From Pristiophorus japonicus (lineage: Eukaryota), in assembly GCF_044704955.1 (NCBI RefSeq), contig NC_091995.1, forward strand, positions 49,910,001-49,974,000: a DNA stretch of 64,000 nucleotides. The letters are read 5' to 3'. The notes beneath the pieces are model-generated. The model saw only the letters and a program-made list of their open reading frames with translations, did not search any database and was not told where the DNA came from. A program made the translations under genes and the position numbers. Below are positions 22,471 through 36,180 of this stretch, piece by piece (positions within the stretch are counted from its first letter, which is position 1; each line of letters opens with the position of its first letter).

Positions 22471-24483
22471 TACATCCATCGGAAACGAGCAGAAATTCTT
22501 CAACTGACATTTACAAACAGGAATCTCTGAAGGAAATGGAAACTGCCAACTATTCCCAATATTAGATGCCATATTGTAGGTGATAAAATATACTTGGAGT
22601 ATTATTAACTTTTGCCGATTGTTTAAGACAGGTGATGTCAGATATGAACAAATAAATAAGATTTTTTTAGATCCGCATCGAGGATTCTTCTGATAGACTT
22701 AGATGAGGAAGGATGAGAGGAGGTGTGAGTGGAGCATTAATGCCGGTGTGGATTGGTTGGACCGAATAGCCTATTCCTGTGCTGAGTATTCTATGTGATT
22801 CTATGTAAAACCAGAGTCATATTTTCCCTTTCTATTTCAAATCATGCAAATTATAACACAAAAAAATCTTGTTTTGTTACTGAACCACAGCAAACAAATC
22901 GCATCAAACTTTCCCAACATACACACTTTAGGAATGGTCGCTAATATCAATTCGGAGAGGGAAGCAGAGAAGGTTTCCCAAAATAATCGAAGGGAGCTGA
23001 GACAGATTGTAATACCTGAAATTGCTGCCCTGACTGGGATCAGCGACCTCAGTTCCATCTGAGGGTGTAGATTTCGGGAACAAGTTTGGAAAGGAATTTT
23101 ATAATGTTTATAAAAATAACATTCAAGTTGCACAAAGTGGACAATCTAACTTTCATATTCAAATCTAGCAGCTCTTCCCGGGATCAATCCAACACCCCCT
23201 CCCAACTCCAGCAACAGCTGCTGTGAGAATCCTAAACCCTTTGGGAACAATCTGAATGTACATCATCATTTTAATATAAGCCACACCAAAATTCATTGTT
23301 GATCAAATGGTGAAATATCCAAAATGGTGACGGTCATTAGGGGATTGTGCCATATATCTAAAATAACTTGGCTTCAGGCAGGGCTACTTCCCATTGACCG
23401 GAGGAGTGTTACAGGGTCCCGCTCCAAATTAAGGCTACACAGTCGAGTTTGCCCTCCAACTCCTTAGAATTTGACGACTATGATCTCCCATAGCCATTCC
23501 GAACGGCTACTGAGATGGTTATCCACATTTATCTTCCCCGCCTCCGATATATATCAGGCCAGAGCCTGTCTCCTTCCCCTCCGCCCACAGCATGTTGATC
23601 TGAAATTCAACATCTCAGCAGAACAGCGGGGCAGCTCAACTTTATACAACTTTTTGTGTGTATCTGTGAATGCTCTTCGATTTAACGTGCATCACGGAGC
23701 CTCCTTATATTGATATTATATAATATATAAATTTACAAAGACAAAATATGATGCACCAATTATGGAAGTTGTGCTTATCTACCACTAATATACAGTTATT
23801 TCATCTAATGCAATCCATGAAGCTATAATGGAATGAACTCAGCTTCCTTTAGGAATGCAGATTTCAAAATATTTTAGTTAAAAATTTGATCAAAGTGATA
23901 TTCTTAAGTTTAATTTTTGAACGTGAAATGTCCTGCTCCATGATGAGTAGGAGCAAACATGGCTCGCCTTAATTTGTTTGTTGAAATGACTTTAATTAGT
24001 ACTGAATGTACAATGCTCTTTTATCGCTTGAGTTTGCTCTCAAGTCTGAATAGGACCTCATTTTGAAAGCAGAGTATCTCTGTGTCCCTAAAACTGAAAC
24101 ACAGTGTTGCTTCGCTCCGTAAATAGGACAGCCAGTAATAACAGATAGAACGCATATACTGTCCTGTTCTTGCAAAAGTTAGAGTTCCGAATAAGTCGCT
24201 TATATACAGTTAATATATATCTTCAGCAGTATTTGACTGTCTCACTGCTCCTGCTGTCAGTGTAATAATATTATTTGCTTGTTTTGATGTGGTTGATGTG
24301 CAGATATTAATTACCACCAGCAATTAAATAACAATTAGAATACACAAAGTTTCCAACATACTCTTAATGTAATAACTGGACAGGCAGCACAATTTGTTCT
24401 GAAGCTTTAAATTAAACAGTTTAGAGGGGATTTCGATACATTTGTAGATAGTGTTGTAATTTTATTTCGGAGCCAAATATTAG

Positions 24484-25945
24484 CATTACCAAAATTCCCT
24501 GGATTCTGGGGAGCTCCCAGCAGATTGGAAAACTGCAAATGTAACGACCCTATTTAAAAAAAGGAGGCAGACAAAAAGCAGGAAACTATAGACCAATTAG
24601 CCTAACATCTGTGGTTGTGAAAATGTTGGAGGCCATTATTAAAGAAGCAGTAACAGAACATTTGGTAAAGCAAAATTCGGTCAGGCAAATTCAGCATGGA
24701 TTTATGAAGGGGAAGTCATGTTTGACAAATTTGCTGGAGTTCTTTGAGGATGTAACGTACAGGGTGGATAAAGGAGAACCATTGGATGTGGTGTATTTGG
24801 TCCTCCAGAAGGCAGTTGACAAGGTGCCACATAAAAGGTTACTGCATAAGATAAAAGTTCGTGGGGTTGCGGGTAATATATTAGCATGGATAGAGGATTG
24901 GCAAACTAACAGAAAACAGAGAGTCAGGATAAATGGTTCATTCTCTGGTTGGCAACCAGTAACTAGTGGGGTGCCACAGGGATCAGTGCTGGGAACCCAG
25001 CTATTTACAATCTATATTAACGAGTTGCAAGAAGGGACTGAGTGTAACGTAGCCAAGTTCGCCGATAATACAAAGATGGGAGGAAAAGCAATGTGTGAGG
25101 AGGACACAAAAAGTCTAAAAAAGGATATAGACAGGCTAAGTGAGTGGGCAAAAATTTGGCAGATGGAGTATAATGTTGGAAAGTGTGAGGTCATGCACTT
25201 TGGCACAATGAATCAAAGTGCAAGTTATTATTGAAATGGAGAAAGATTGCAAAGTGCTGCAGTACAGCAGGACCTGGGGATAATTGTGCATGAAACACAA
25301 AAGGATAGTATGCAGGTACAGCAGGTGATCATGAAGGCCAATGGTATCTTGGCCTTTATTGCAAAGGGGATGGAGTATAAAAGCAGGAAAGTCTTGCCAC
25401 AGTTATACAGGTTATATGTGCAGTTTTGGTTTCCATATTTATGAAAGGATATACTTGCTTTGGAGGCAGTTCAGTGGAGGTTCACTAGGTTGATTCCGGG
25501 GATGAGGGGTTGACTTATGAGGAAAGATTGAATAGGTTGGGCCTCTACTCATTGGAATTCCGAAGAATGAGAGGTGATCTTATCGATACGTATACAATTA
25601 TGAGGGGGCTTGACGAGGTGGATGCAGAGAGGATCTTTCCACTGATGGGGAAGACTAGAACTAGAGGGCATGATCTTAGAATAAGGGGCCGCCCATTTAA
25701 ACAGAGATGAGGAGAAATTTCTTCTCTCAGAGGGTTGTAAATCTGTGGAATTCGCTGCCTCAGAGAGCTGTGGAAGCTGGGACATTGAATAAATTTAAGA
25801 CAGAAATAGACAGTTTCTTAAACGATAAGGGGTTATGGGGAGCGGGCGGGGAAGTGGAGCTGAGTACATGATCAGATCTTATTGAATGGTGAAGCCGTAT
25901 GGCCTACTCATGTTCCGATTTATTTTGTTCTTATGTTTTTATGTT
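24484..25945 (+). mobile_element. 5'-truncated CR1 LINE
   Basis: QHGFMKGKSCLTNLLEFFEDVT, SGVPQGSVLG and KFADNTK motifs, with a ttcttatgtt tail. Confidence 0.9.
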
Positions 25946-28549
25946 ATGGTTGGTTATTATAATTTAGTAAATACAGGGTAATTTGAAGAATATGATTAAC
26001 CGACCCATGGCTCAAATAACGGATTCACCGAATTTAAAAAAAAAGCACAATGAGAATTTTAACTTTAGAAAATAGTGCAAAAGACGCCTTATGGAATTAC
26101 ACGTCCATTATGCTCCTCACTCTATTTTCCCTTCCATTGACTTCAATGCAAAGAGCAATCAGGCGAGATGCACAAAGTGAGCGAATTCGGTATCGTTCAT
26201 TTTACACAATCGCCCAAAGTTAAAATTAATCAATTCCATCCCTCAACTATAAGAGATGTACTTCAATAGAAATGATATGTGCACACAGGAATCTCCCGTC
26301 GAATTGCTCACACTCAGTGGAAGCATCTGCCCGGAGCTTCGTTTTTCCGAGTTCGCCAGTCTGGTTTCGTCTTCAATTAAAATTAATACATGGGGAAGAG
26401 AAGCGGGGAGCGCTCACACTGAAGACCCCGGCAGTACTATTTGGAACTACAAATGGGGTATTCTCAGTAAGAAGCAATTCAATACTGTCACGGCCCCTGA
26501 TTTAAGATAAGTGAGTAAGTTATTTTCTATTACATGACAGGCTTCCCCTGCTATTCAGATCCCCAGGGGAATGGGTGAGCTTAGACACTGGCCAATGATG
26601 GCAGCGTTCTGACGTTCAGTAATGATGGGACACGATATTTAGGTACAGTGAATCGGATCTCGGGTCCAGGATTAAATGACAGCAGTTGTGCAGTAGGTGT
26701 GCTGAGATTCTGAAGCACAAAGTACTTGGCCGCGGGTTCTGCAGCGTTGCAACAGCGGGTCTGAGGTGAATTAACACTGAGTGATGCGAGGTGGGGGGTT
26801 CGGTTTAGGCCGCACTGGGAATTGGGTATTGCGAGAATCAGCCCCTGGTGAAGCCTTTCCTTTGGCAGCACCGCAGAGGCAGAACATACACTCTGGTGGT
26901 AATCGGGACTGGAATGTGATTTCTGGCGGGGGGAGGAGGTGGAAGTGTCTGAGCCCATGGGTGGGAGTGGGAGGATCCCAGGATCTGGCAGCACTTCGGT
27001 TGTTGGCCATGGTGTGAAATGAATTGTCTCGGAAATCTCTCTGTAGATTCTGAAGTCAGCGATTATCATTGCTTCTTTGAAAATGCCGAGTTTTTATGAT
27101 GTTAACAACAAATAACTGCTTAAACAGACAAATATTGGATAAATACATCATCGCTCAACGTCTCATTTTATTTCAAAGATTCAATTGAAAACATTTATTA
27201 ACATTAAAGAACTGTACAGACAATCGTCATGTAAAAATGATAAACTGAACAATGTAAGGGACTGCTTTAAACAGGGAATTTTCCCTGAGCCAGATTATAT
27301 ATTTTTTACCAAATAAGACAAGGTGAAAATATCTTCATGATCAATTAACTTCAGAAATGTTTTTGCATTGATTTTGTTTCAACTAATGTGAAATAAATTA
27401 ATGAATTATACACAGGGTAAAATACACTTCAATAGATTTAGAATAGACTCACCAGGCTGGAAATTGACGGGTTGATCGACCGCGTGTTTCCTGCCCCACC
27501 TGAGTATAATGGAGTATAATGGGGCGGCCTGTCCCACCCCGTCACTTCACCACTGGGCATGTTGTGTTAGAATTAATTAAATATTAAAATATCAAATTTG
27601 AATGGGAACAAAGGCACAGTTGGTGCAATCATTTCATTGGGCGTTCGTAATTATTTTATCATTCCTACTATGATGCGAGAATATGGGAATAAAATGCCAC
27701 AGCTGATGACACATGGGCTTATCCCGAAGAGCTAAGTTAACATTGCTGCCAGTGTAAAATGGACGGTAATGAATTGCCATCTCATTAGGCGTCACAGCTG
27801 ATTTATATTCCATCCACATCAATGAAATTCAAAGAAGGAGCTCCCTGCTGTTGCTCCTGCCTGGAAGGCCTTTGTGAGCCCTGTGAAACAGCCCAGGAAG
27901 AGGAGGAAGGGGCTTACTACAATTCCAATTCATCCAGAGGGAGAGGAGGAGAGCAGAAAATACAATGAAATTCAAAAGCGGGAGTCGTGTGTAATGGGCG
28001 ATAATTCGATATCCCCCATTTAACTCTGTCCCCAGAAGTTAAAATTACCCCAAGGTCTTAATTGGGTGAATTTCGCTTAGGTGGAATTGAAACACAGACA
28101 AAAGATAATTGGCTACCCGGTTTATATTCTGCCCCATTTCTTGTTCCTTGACTTCAATGAAAGCTAAAATCTGTGGGTATAAAAGGAGCAGCGGATCCTG
28201 TTTCCGCCCGTAAATGGTCATTCAAACAATTGGCCATTTGTTGTAGGTTTAAATCTCCATTTCATTTATCGCTTATCTCCGATAATTACCAGAGTATCTG
28301 TTTGAAGAGTAAGCAGTGTAACCTGACTAAGAACAGATTGGGTTTATTTAGCTCGATTGGTGGCCTGAAAGACATCCGGAAGCAAAAATGTTTCACCTGC
28401 CTCCTAGCTCAAGATCAGAAGTAATTCCTCAACAGGAGTTATTTCCTGTGAACGTAATTTCAGCTGTTCAGCAAGAAAAAGCTTCGATAATTTTGTAACA
28501 AATACCTTTAAACTGCCAAACAGTACTAGCAGACCATTATTATGAGTTA

Positions 28550-29031
28550 GGTGGTACTGCCATGCAAAATCAATCTTCTATAGCTTTCTAACTTGGGGAG
28601 CATTTTTGTTGTTGGACACCATTTTTTCCCTGTTGGTTCCATTAATTTTGATTTTATTGCTCAATGTTCTGACCATTAGACTAGCTGTACTAGGCAATAG
28701 AATGAGAAGGAGTCTCCATGGGAACAACAATGGTGAGAATCACATTGATACAGAGATGGAGAACCAAAGAAAATCTATCATTTTACTTCTGTTCACCTCT
28801 TGTAGCTTTATACTTTTATGGAGGGACATTATCCTATATTATATAATTGTGCAATTTATATTAAGAGAACAATTATTGTGTTCCTCTCACCATTATGGAA
28901 AAAAATGGATAGTACAAGTCGAATTACAGTTCTTCCACGGACAGGTTTGTTTATCAGTGTCCCAGTGGAAATTCAGAGATGCATTGAAGAATATGATTAA
29001 TTACCCTTGGTTGCAACTTTCAGCCAATTAA
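28550..29031 (+). pseudogene. Diverged GPR139-like GPCR fragment (ECL2 to C-terminus)
   Basis: WYCHAKSIFYS..LILLLNVLTIR..NRMRRSLHGNNNGENHIDTEMENQRKSIILLL..SFILLW..KFRDALKNMI. TM7 is scrambled by indels. Confidence 0.88.
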
Positions 29032-29689
29032 ATAGGTAATGACTTCATAGAATTAAATAAATTATATCCATCCAAGCTGAACATAGGTGCTGCAGTATAA
29101 ATAGTGTGTACACGTTCAAAGCTCATGTGCCATGGAAAAGCTCTGTTCCAAGCTTGCTTCATGCACAAAGCAGTACAGGAACTACCGAGACTGGGCTCTT
29201 TTTTTCATACCAAAATGTCATTATCCCATCCTTAAATGGGAATCCTTTAATGTATAATTGTACCATTTTGGTTGCTTAACAGCAATACCTATCATTCCAT
29301 TTTGCTTTTTTAAACAAATGATGCCCAGGCTTGGTGGTTTTACAACAGAGACAGAAATGTGCGCAGCTTTATTTGAAAGTATTTCTCATGGCTCCCGTCT
29401 CGAGCACTCTGTCTTGGAAGCTGAGATAGGGAACTGAATTGGTTATTACCACAACTTTGATACGTCAATATTTGCTCCACCTTCTCAAAAGACTGTGATC
29501 TTTGATGCTATTCGTCTGATATCTGCCGAAAACCAGTAAATCTAGCATTAAAAACCTGAGGCAGTCAGCTTAAGTCCAGAAAATACAAAGCATTCAATAA
29601 AGAATGTTGTCTTTATATTCAATATTCCAACTAAGCAAAATACTGATTGTAAATATTCAAGCTTAATTATTTCAGAAAATAGAGGTAAG

Positions 29690-32600
29690 TGGTGAATTCA
29701 TTATTGGCTGCACGACCTTTGAGAGGAAACCTTGAGATGGAATCAGGAGGGCAAGAAAAAGAGTGGGAGAGCGATAGTGATAGGAGATTAAATTGTAAGG
29801 GGAATAGATAGGTGTTTCTGCGGCCGCAACCGAGACTCCAGGATGCTATGATGCCTCCCTGGTGCAACGGTCAAGGATGTCTCGGAGCGGGTGCAGGACA
29901 TTCTGAAAAGGGAGGGTGAACAGCCAGTTGTCATGGTGCACATTGGTACCAACGAAATAGGTAAAAAAAAACGGGATGAGGTCCTATGAGATGAATTTAA
30001 GGAGCGAGGAGCTAAATTAAAAAGTAGGACCTCAAAAGTAGTAATCTCGGGATTGCTACCAGTGCCACGTGCTAGTCAGAGTAGGAATCACAGGATACTC
30101 AGATGAATACGTGGCTTGAGCAGTGGTGCAGCAGGGAGGGATTCAAATTCCTGGGGCATTGGAACCGGTTCTGGGGGAGGTGGGACCAGTACAAACCAGA
30201 TGGTCTGCACTTGGGCAGGACCGGAACCAATGTCCGAGGGGCAGTGTTTGCTAGTGCTGTTGGGGAGGAGTTAAACTAATATGGCAGGGGGATGGTAAAC
30301 AATGCAGGGAGACAGAGGGAAAGAAAATGGAGACAGAAGCAAAAGACAGAAAGGAGATGAGTAAAAGTGGAGGGCAGAGAAACCCAAGCAAAAAACAAAA
30401 AGAGCCAATTTACAGCAAAATTCTAAAGGGTGAAAGTGTATGAAAAAGGCAAGCTTGAAGGCTCTGTGCCTCAATGCGAGGAGTATTCGGAATAAGGTGG
30501 ACGAATTAACTGTGCAGATAGCAGTTAATGGATAGGATGTGGTTGGCATCACGGAGACATGGCTCCAGGATGACCAAGGCTGGGAACTCAACATCCAAGA
30601 GTATTCAACATTTAGGAAAGATCGACAGAAAGGAAAAGGAGGTGTGGTGGCGTTGCTGGTTAAAGAGGAAATTAATGCAATTGCAAGGAAAAACATTAGC
30701 TTGGATGATGTGAAATCGGTATGGGTGGAGCTACGGAATACCAAAGGGCAGAAAACGCTAGTGGGAATTGTGTGCAGACCTCCAAACAGTAGTAGTGATG
30801 TTGGGGAGGGCATCAAACAGGAAATTAGGGGTGCATGCAATAAAGGTACAGCAGTTATCATAGGTGACTTTAATATGCATATAGATTAGGCTAACCAAAC
30901 TGGAAAAATACCGTGGAGAAGGATTTCCTGGAGTGCATAAGGGATGGTTTTCGTGACCAATATGTCGAGGAACCAACTCGGGGGGAGGCCATCTTAGACT
31001 GGGAGTTGTGCAATGAGAGAGGATTAATTAGTAATCTCGTTGTGCGAGGCCCCTTGGGGAAGAGTGACCATAATATGGTGGAATTCTACATTAGGATGGA
31101 GAATGAAACAGTTAATTCAGAGACCATGGTCCAGAACTTAAAGAAGGGTAACTTTGAAGGTATGAGACGTGAATTGGCTAGGATAGATTGGCGAATGATA
31201 CTTAAGGGGTTGACAGTGGATGGCCAATGGCAGATATTTAGAGATTGCATGGATGAACTAAAACAATTGTACAACCCTGTCTGATATAAAAATTAAAAAG
31301 GGAAGGTGGCTCAACCGTGGCTATCAAGGGAAATCAGGGATAGTATTAAAGCCAAGGAAGTGACATACAAATTGGCCAGAAATAACAGCGAAGCCGGGGA
31401 CTGGGAGAAATTTAGAACTCAGCAGAGGAGGACAAAGGGTTTGATTAGGGCAGGGAAAATAGAGTACGAGAGGAAGCTTGCAGGGAACATTAAAATGGAC
31501 TGCAAAAGTTTCTATAGATATGTAAAGAGAAAAAGGTTAGTAAAGACAAACGTAGGTCCCCTGCAGTCAGAATCAAGGGAAGTCATAACGGGGAACAAAG
31601 AAATAGCAGACCAATTGAACAAGTATTTTGGTTCGGTATTCACTAAGAAGGACACAAACAACCTTCTGGATATAAAAGGGGTCAGAGTGTCTGGTAAAAA
31701 GGAGGAATTGAGGGAAATCCTTATTAGTCGGGAAATTGTGTTGGGAAAATTGATGGGATTGAAGGCCGATAAATCCCCAGGGCCTGATGGTCTGCATCCC
31801 AGAGTACTTAAGGAGGTGGCCTTGGAAATAGCGGATGCATTGACAGTCATTTTCCAACATTCCATAGACTCTGGATCAGTTCCTATGGAGGGTAGCCAAT
31901 GTAACCCCACGTTTTAAAAAAGGAGGGAGAGAGAAAACAGGGAATTATAGACTGGTCAGCCTGACATCGGTAGTGGGTAAAATTATGGAATCAATTATTA
32001 AGGATGTCAAAGCAGCGCATTTGGATAGAGGTGACATGGCAGATGAAGTATAATGTGGATTTGTGAAAGGGAAATCATGCTTGACAAATCTTCTGGAATT
32101 TTTTGAGGATGTTTCCAGTAGAGTGGACAAGGGAGAACCAGTTGATGTGGTGTATTTGAACTTTCAGAAGACTTTCGACAAGGTCCCACACAAGAGATTA
32201 ATGTGCAAAGTTAAAGCACATGGGATTGGGGGTAGTGTGCTGACGTGGATTGAGAACTGGTTAGCAGACACGAAGCAAAGAGTAGGAGTAAATGGGTACT
32301 TTTCAGAATGGCAGGCAGTGACTAGTGGGGTACCGCAAGGTTCTGTGCTGGGGCCCCAGCTGTTTACATTGTACATTCATGATTTAGACAAGGGTTTTAA
32401 ACATAGTATCTCCAAATTTGCAGATGACACTAAGTTGGGTGGCAGTGTGAGCTGCGAGGAGGATGCTATGAGGCTGCAGAGTGACTTGGATAGGTTAGGT
32501 GAGTGGGCAAATGCATGGCAGATGAAGTATAATGTGGATAAATGTGTGGTTATCCACTTTGGTGGTGAAAACAGAGAGACAGACTATTATCTGAATGGTG

Positions 32601-33355
32601 ACAGATTAAGAAAAGGGGAGGTGCAACGAGACCTGGGTGTCATGGTACATCAGTCATTGAAGTTTGGCATGCAGGTACAGCAGGCGGTTAAGAAAGCAAA
32701 TGGCATGTTGGCCTTCATAGCGAGAGGATTTGAGTACAGGGGCAGGGAGGTGTTACTACAGTTGTACAGGGCCTTGGTGAGGCCGCACCTGGAGTATTGT
32801 GTACAGTTTTGGTCTCCTAACTTGAGGAAGGACTTTCTTGCTATTGAGGGAGTGCAGCAAAGGTTCACCAGACTGATTCCCGGGATGGCGGGACTGACAC
32901 ATCAAGAAAGACTGGATCAACTGGGCTTGTATTCGCTGGAGTTCAGAAGAATGAGAGGGGATCTCATAGAAACATTTAAAATTCTGACGGGTTTAGACAG
33001 GTTAGATGTAAGAAGAATGTTCACAATGTTGGGGAAGTCCAGAACCAGGGTTCACAGTCTAAGGATAAGGCGTAATCCATTTAGGACAGAGATGAGAAGA
33101 ACCTTCTTCACCCAGAGAGTGGTGAACCTGTGGAATTCTCTACCACAGAAAGTTGTTGAGGCCAATTCACTAAATATATTCAAAAAGGAGTTAGATGTAG
33201 TCTTTACTACTAGGGGGATCAAGGGGTATGGCGAGAAAGCAGGAATGGGGTACTGAAGTTGCATGTTCAGCCATTAACTCACTGAATGGCGGTGCAGGGT
33301 TGAAGGGCCGAATGGCCTAATCCTGCACATATTTTCTATGTTTCTATGTTTCTAT
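29690..33355 (+). mobile_element. Near full-length CR1 LINE (partial ORF1, disrupted ORF2)
   Basis: ORF1 esterase remnants, EN motifs VGITETWL / IIGDFN / SDHNMV, 397-aa RT C-terminal ORF 32063-33256 with KFADDTK, and an (ttctatgt)n tail. Confidence 0.93.
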
Positions 33356-34035
33356 CATAACAACAGCTTTAGAGTTGCTGGAACAACTTTTAAAGAAGCA
33401 GTGATTTGAAAGTGTTTGAATAAGTTTAAAACAAGACATTATCCTGCAACTGTAAAGTTGTGAATCGGTAGGACTCTCCATTTTTTTTACTTAACTATTT
33501 TGCATTTCTTGATTGTATAACGTATCATGTAGTTTTATAAAACGTGCTGCAATAAATTGAATATGAAATAAATTTCGAACAAAGATGCAGTTAAATCATA
33601 GATATGATTTATCCAATCCAGTAATTAATTGTTGCCAAATAAATTTCATCTGAAATGAATCTAGGCTAAACCATTTTTACTTGGAAATGTATATTTTCAA
33701 ATGTTTTTGGTGAAGGCACACACGTTTCCCAATCTCAACCATTGTTACCTCAAGTGGCAATGCTACGAGCCTTGACCCACCGTACAGCTCCCTCCCCCAT
33801 GCCTTACATTTCATAACATTATGTGACAAAATCCCGAGTGCCACATTATTCACAATGAATAGAGTTAGATTTTACCTCACCTTTGCAATGGCTATAACTG
33901 TACAGAAATAATTTAAATAATTGAACAACTATTTACTTTACTTTTAGCTTCCTTATTAAATCTAATAAGGAAACAAATGATGGACATTGGGAGAAGTTGG
34001 ATGTCTTGATATCCAGAAATGTCTTGATGTAAAAA

Positions 34036-35592
34036 TAATAAGAACACAAGAAATAGGAACAGGCGTAGGCCGGCCAAATGATCCCTCGAGCCTGCTTCAC
34101 CATTCAATAAGATTATGGCTGAACTGATCATGGACTCAGCTTCACTTCCCTGCCCGCTCCCCATAACCCTTTATCCCCTAATCTTTTCAGAAACTGTCTA
34201 TTTCTGTCTTAAATTTATTCAATGTCCCACCTTCCACAGCTCTCTGAGCCATCACATTCCACAGCTTTACAACCCTCTTTGAGAAGAAATTTCTCCTCGT
34301 CTCTGTTTTAAATGGGCGGCCCCGTATTTTAAGATTATGCCCTCTCATTCTAGTCTCCCCCATCAGTGGAAACATCCTCTCTGCATCAACCTTGTCAAGC
34401 CCCCTTATAATCTTACACGTTTTGATAAGATCACCTCTTATTCTTCTGAGTTCCAATGAGTAGAGTACCAACCTACTCAACCTTTCATCATAGGTCAAAC
34501 CCCTCATCCCCGGAATCAATCTAGTGAACCTTCTCTGAACTGCACGCAGTATTCCATGTGTGGCCTCAACAATACCTTGTATAGCTGTAGCAAGACTTCC
34601 CTGCTATTATACTCCATCCCCTTTGCAATAAAGACCAATATACCATTGGCTTTCCTAATCACTTGCTGTACTTGCATACTATCCTTTTGTGTTTCATGCA
34701 CGAATACCCCCAGGTCCCGCTGTACTGCGGCACTTTGCAATATTTCTCCATTTATATAATAACTTGCTCTTTGATTTTTTTCTGCCAAAGTGCATGACCT
34801 CACACTTTCCAACATTATACTTCATCTGCCAAATATTTTCCCAGTCACTTAGCCTGTCTATTTCCTTTTGCAGATTTTTTTCTGTCCTCCTCACACATTG
34901 CTTTTCCTCCCATATTTGTATCGTCAGCAAACTTGGCTACATTACACTCAGTCCCTTCTTCCAAGTCGTTAATGTAGATTGTAAATAGTTGGGGTCCCAG
35001 CACTGATCCCTGCAGCACTCCACTAGTTACTGGTCGCCAACCAGAGAATGAACCATTAATCGTAAAACTCTGTTTTCTGTTAGTTAGCCAATCCTCCATC
35101 CATGCAAATATATTACCCTCAACCCGCGTGAACTTTTATCTTGTGCAGTAACCTTTTATGTGGCACCTTGTCAAATGCCTTCTGGAAGTCGAAATACATC
35201 ACATGCACTGGTTCCCTTTTATCCACCCTGTTCGTTACATCTTTAAGGAACTCCAGCAAATTTGTCACACATGACTTCCCCTTTATAAATCCATGCTGAC
35301 TCTGCCTGACCGAATTTTGCTTTTCCAAATGTCCTGCAACTGCTTCTTTAACGATGGACTCCAATATTTTCCCAACCACAGATGCTAGGCTAACTGGTCT
35401 ATAGTTTCCTGATTTTTTCTGCCTCCTTTTTTAAATAGGGGCGTAACATTTGCAGTTTTCCTTCTGCTGGGACCTCCCCAGAAACCAGTGAATTTTAGTA
35501 AATTATAACAAATGCATCTACAATCTCTGCCGCTACTTTTCTTAAGACCCAAGGTTGCAAGCCATCAGGTCCAGGGGATATATCTGCCTTTA
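34036..35592 (-). mobile_element. 5'-truncated CR1 LINE
   Basis: Minus-strand [25 protein letters not shown] and KFADDT motifs; tail at ~34036-34052. Confidence 0.9.
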
Positions 35593-35612
35593 AAAATTCT
35601 ATGCAAATTGAA

Positions 35613-35693
35613 GGGCTTGTCCGTGATTTGAACCCGGGACCTCTCAGAAATTTCAACTCCGAAACGATAATCATACCCCTAAAAATGATGATA
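35613..35693 (-). tRNA. tRNA-Pro(CGG)-like pseudogene with an intron-like insert
   Basis: Minus strand TAGGGGTATGATTATCGTTTCGGA-gttgaaattt-CTGAGAGGTCCCGGGTTCAAATCACGGACAAGCCC matches the vertebrate tRNA-Pro D arm, T arm and 3' acceptor strand. The 5' acceptor strand is decayed. Confidence 0.75.
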
Positions 35694-35994
35694 TGAAGAA
35701 GTTAGTCACTGATTATAAACCTCGCTCAATTATCCTTTCCATTGAAGTCAATGGAAAGGGAAAGTGTCCGGGCCTATGAAGGGCGAACAATTCGATATCG
35801 TCCGTTTTATACCATCACGTAAAGTTAAATGACTCCCTGCATTATAATGCATATGTTGGAATTTGACTTAATCACACCACACATACAAAGCAGGATTGCA
35901 TTCTGCTGCAGTACAAATCGATAATACACTTTATTATTTACTTATTTGTGTGCCATATTGTTTCCTCACTGGAGGAAAGAGAATATGTCTCAAG

Positions 35995-36180
35995 ACAGCA
36001 ATAACTTGCATTTACATAGCAGCATTAAAGTAGATAAAATGTCCAAGACACATTACAGAAGCTGAAATAAAAATAATAACCAGGAGCAACAGAGAGCGAG
36101 ATTCGGAGGATAGTCTAAACGCCTCATCGATGTGGCGGGTTTCAAGGTGGGCTTTAAAGGAGGAGGGTGAATTAGAGAGA
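35995..36180 (-). mobile_element. Old L2 LINE 3' fragment
   Basis: aacttgcatttacatagc tail and gggtttcaaggtgggctttaaaggagg, typical of L2 3' ends. Confidence 0.5.

Noticed and set aside
22844-23062. LRR-like reading (NHSKQIASNFPNIHTL) and its paralog at 3880-4030
   Set aside because: A single weak repeat, with stops and frame differences between copies.
26581-27069. 162-aa minus-strand ORF in GC-richer unique sequence
   Set aside because: No recognisable domain or splice structure, so it cannot be supported without a search.
32063-33256. 397-aa RT ORF as an active or domesticated gene
   Set aside because: It is the uninterrupted tail of a CR1 ORF2 that has upstream stops and frameshifts.
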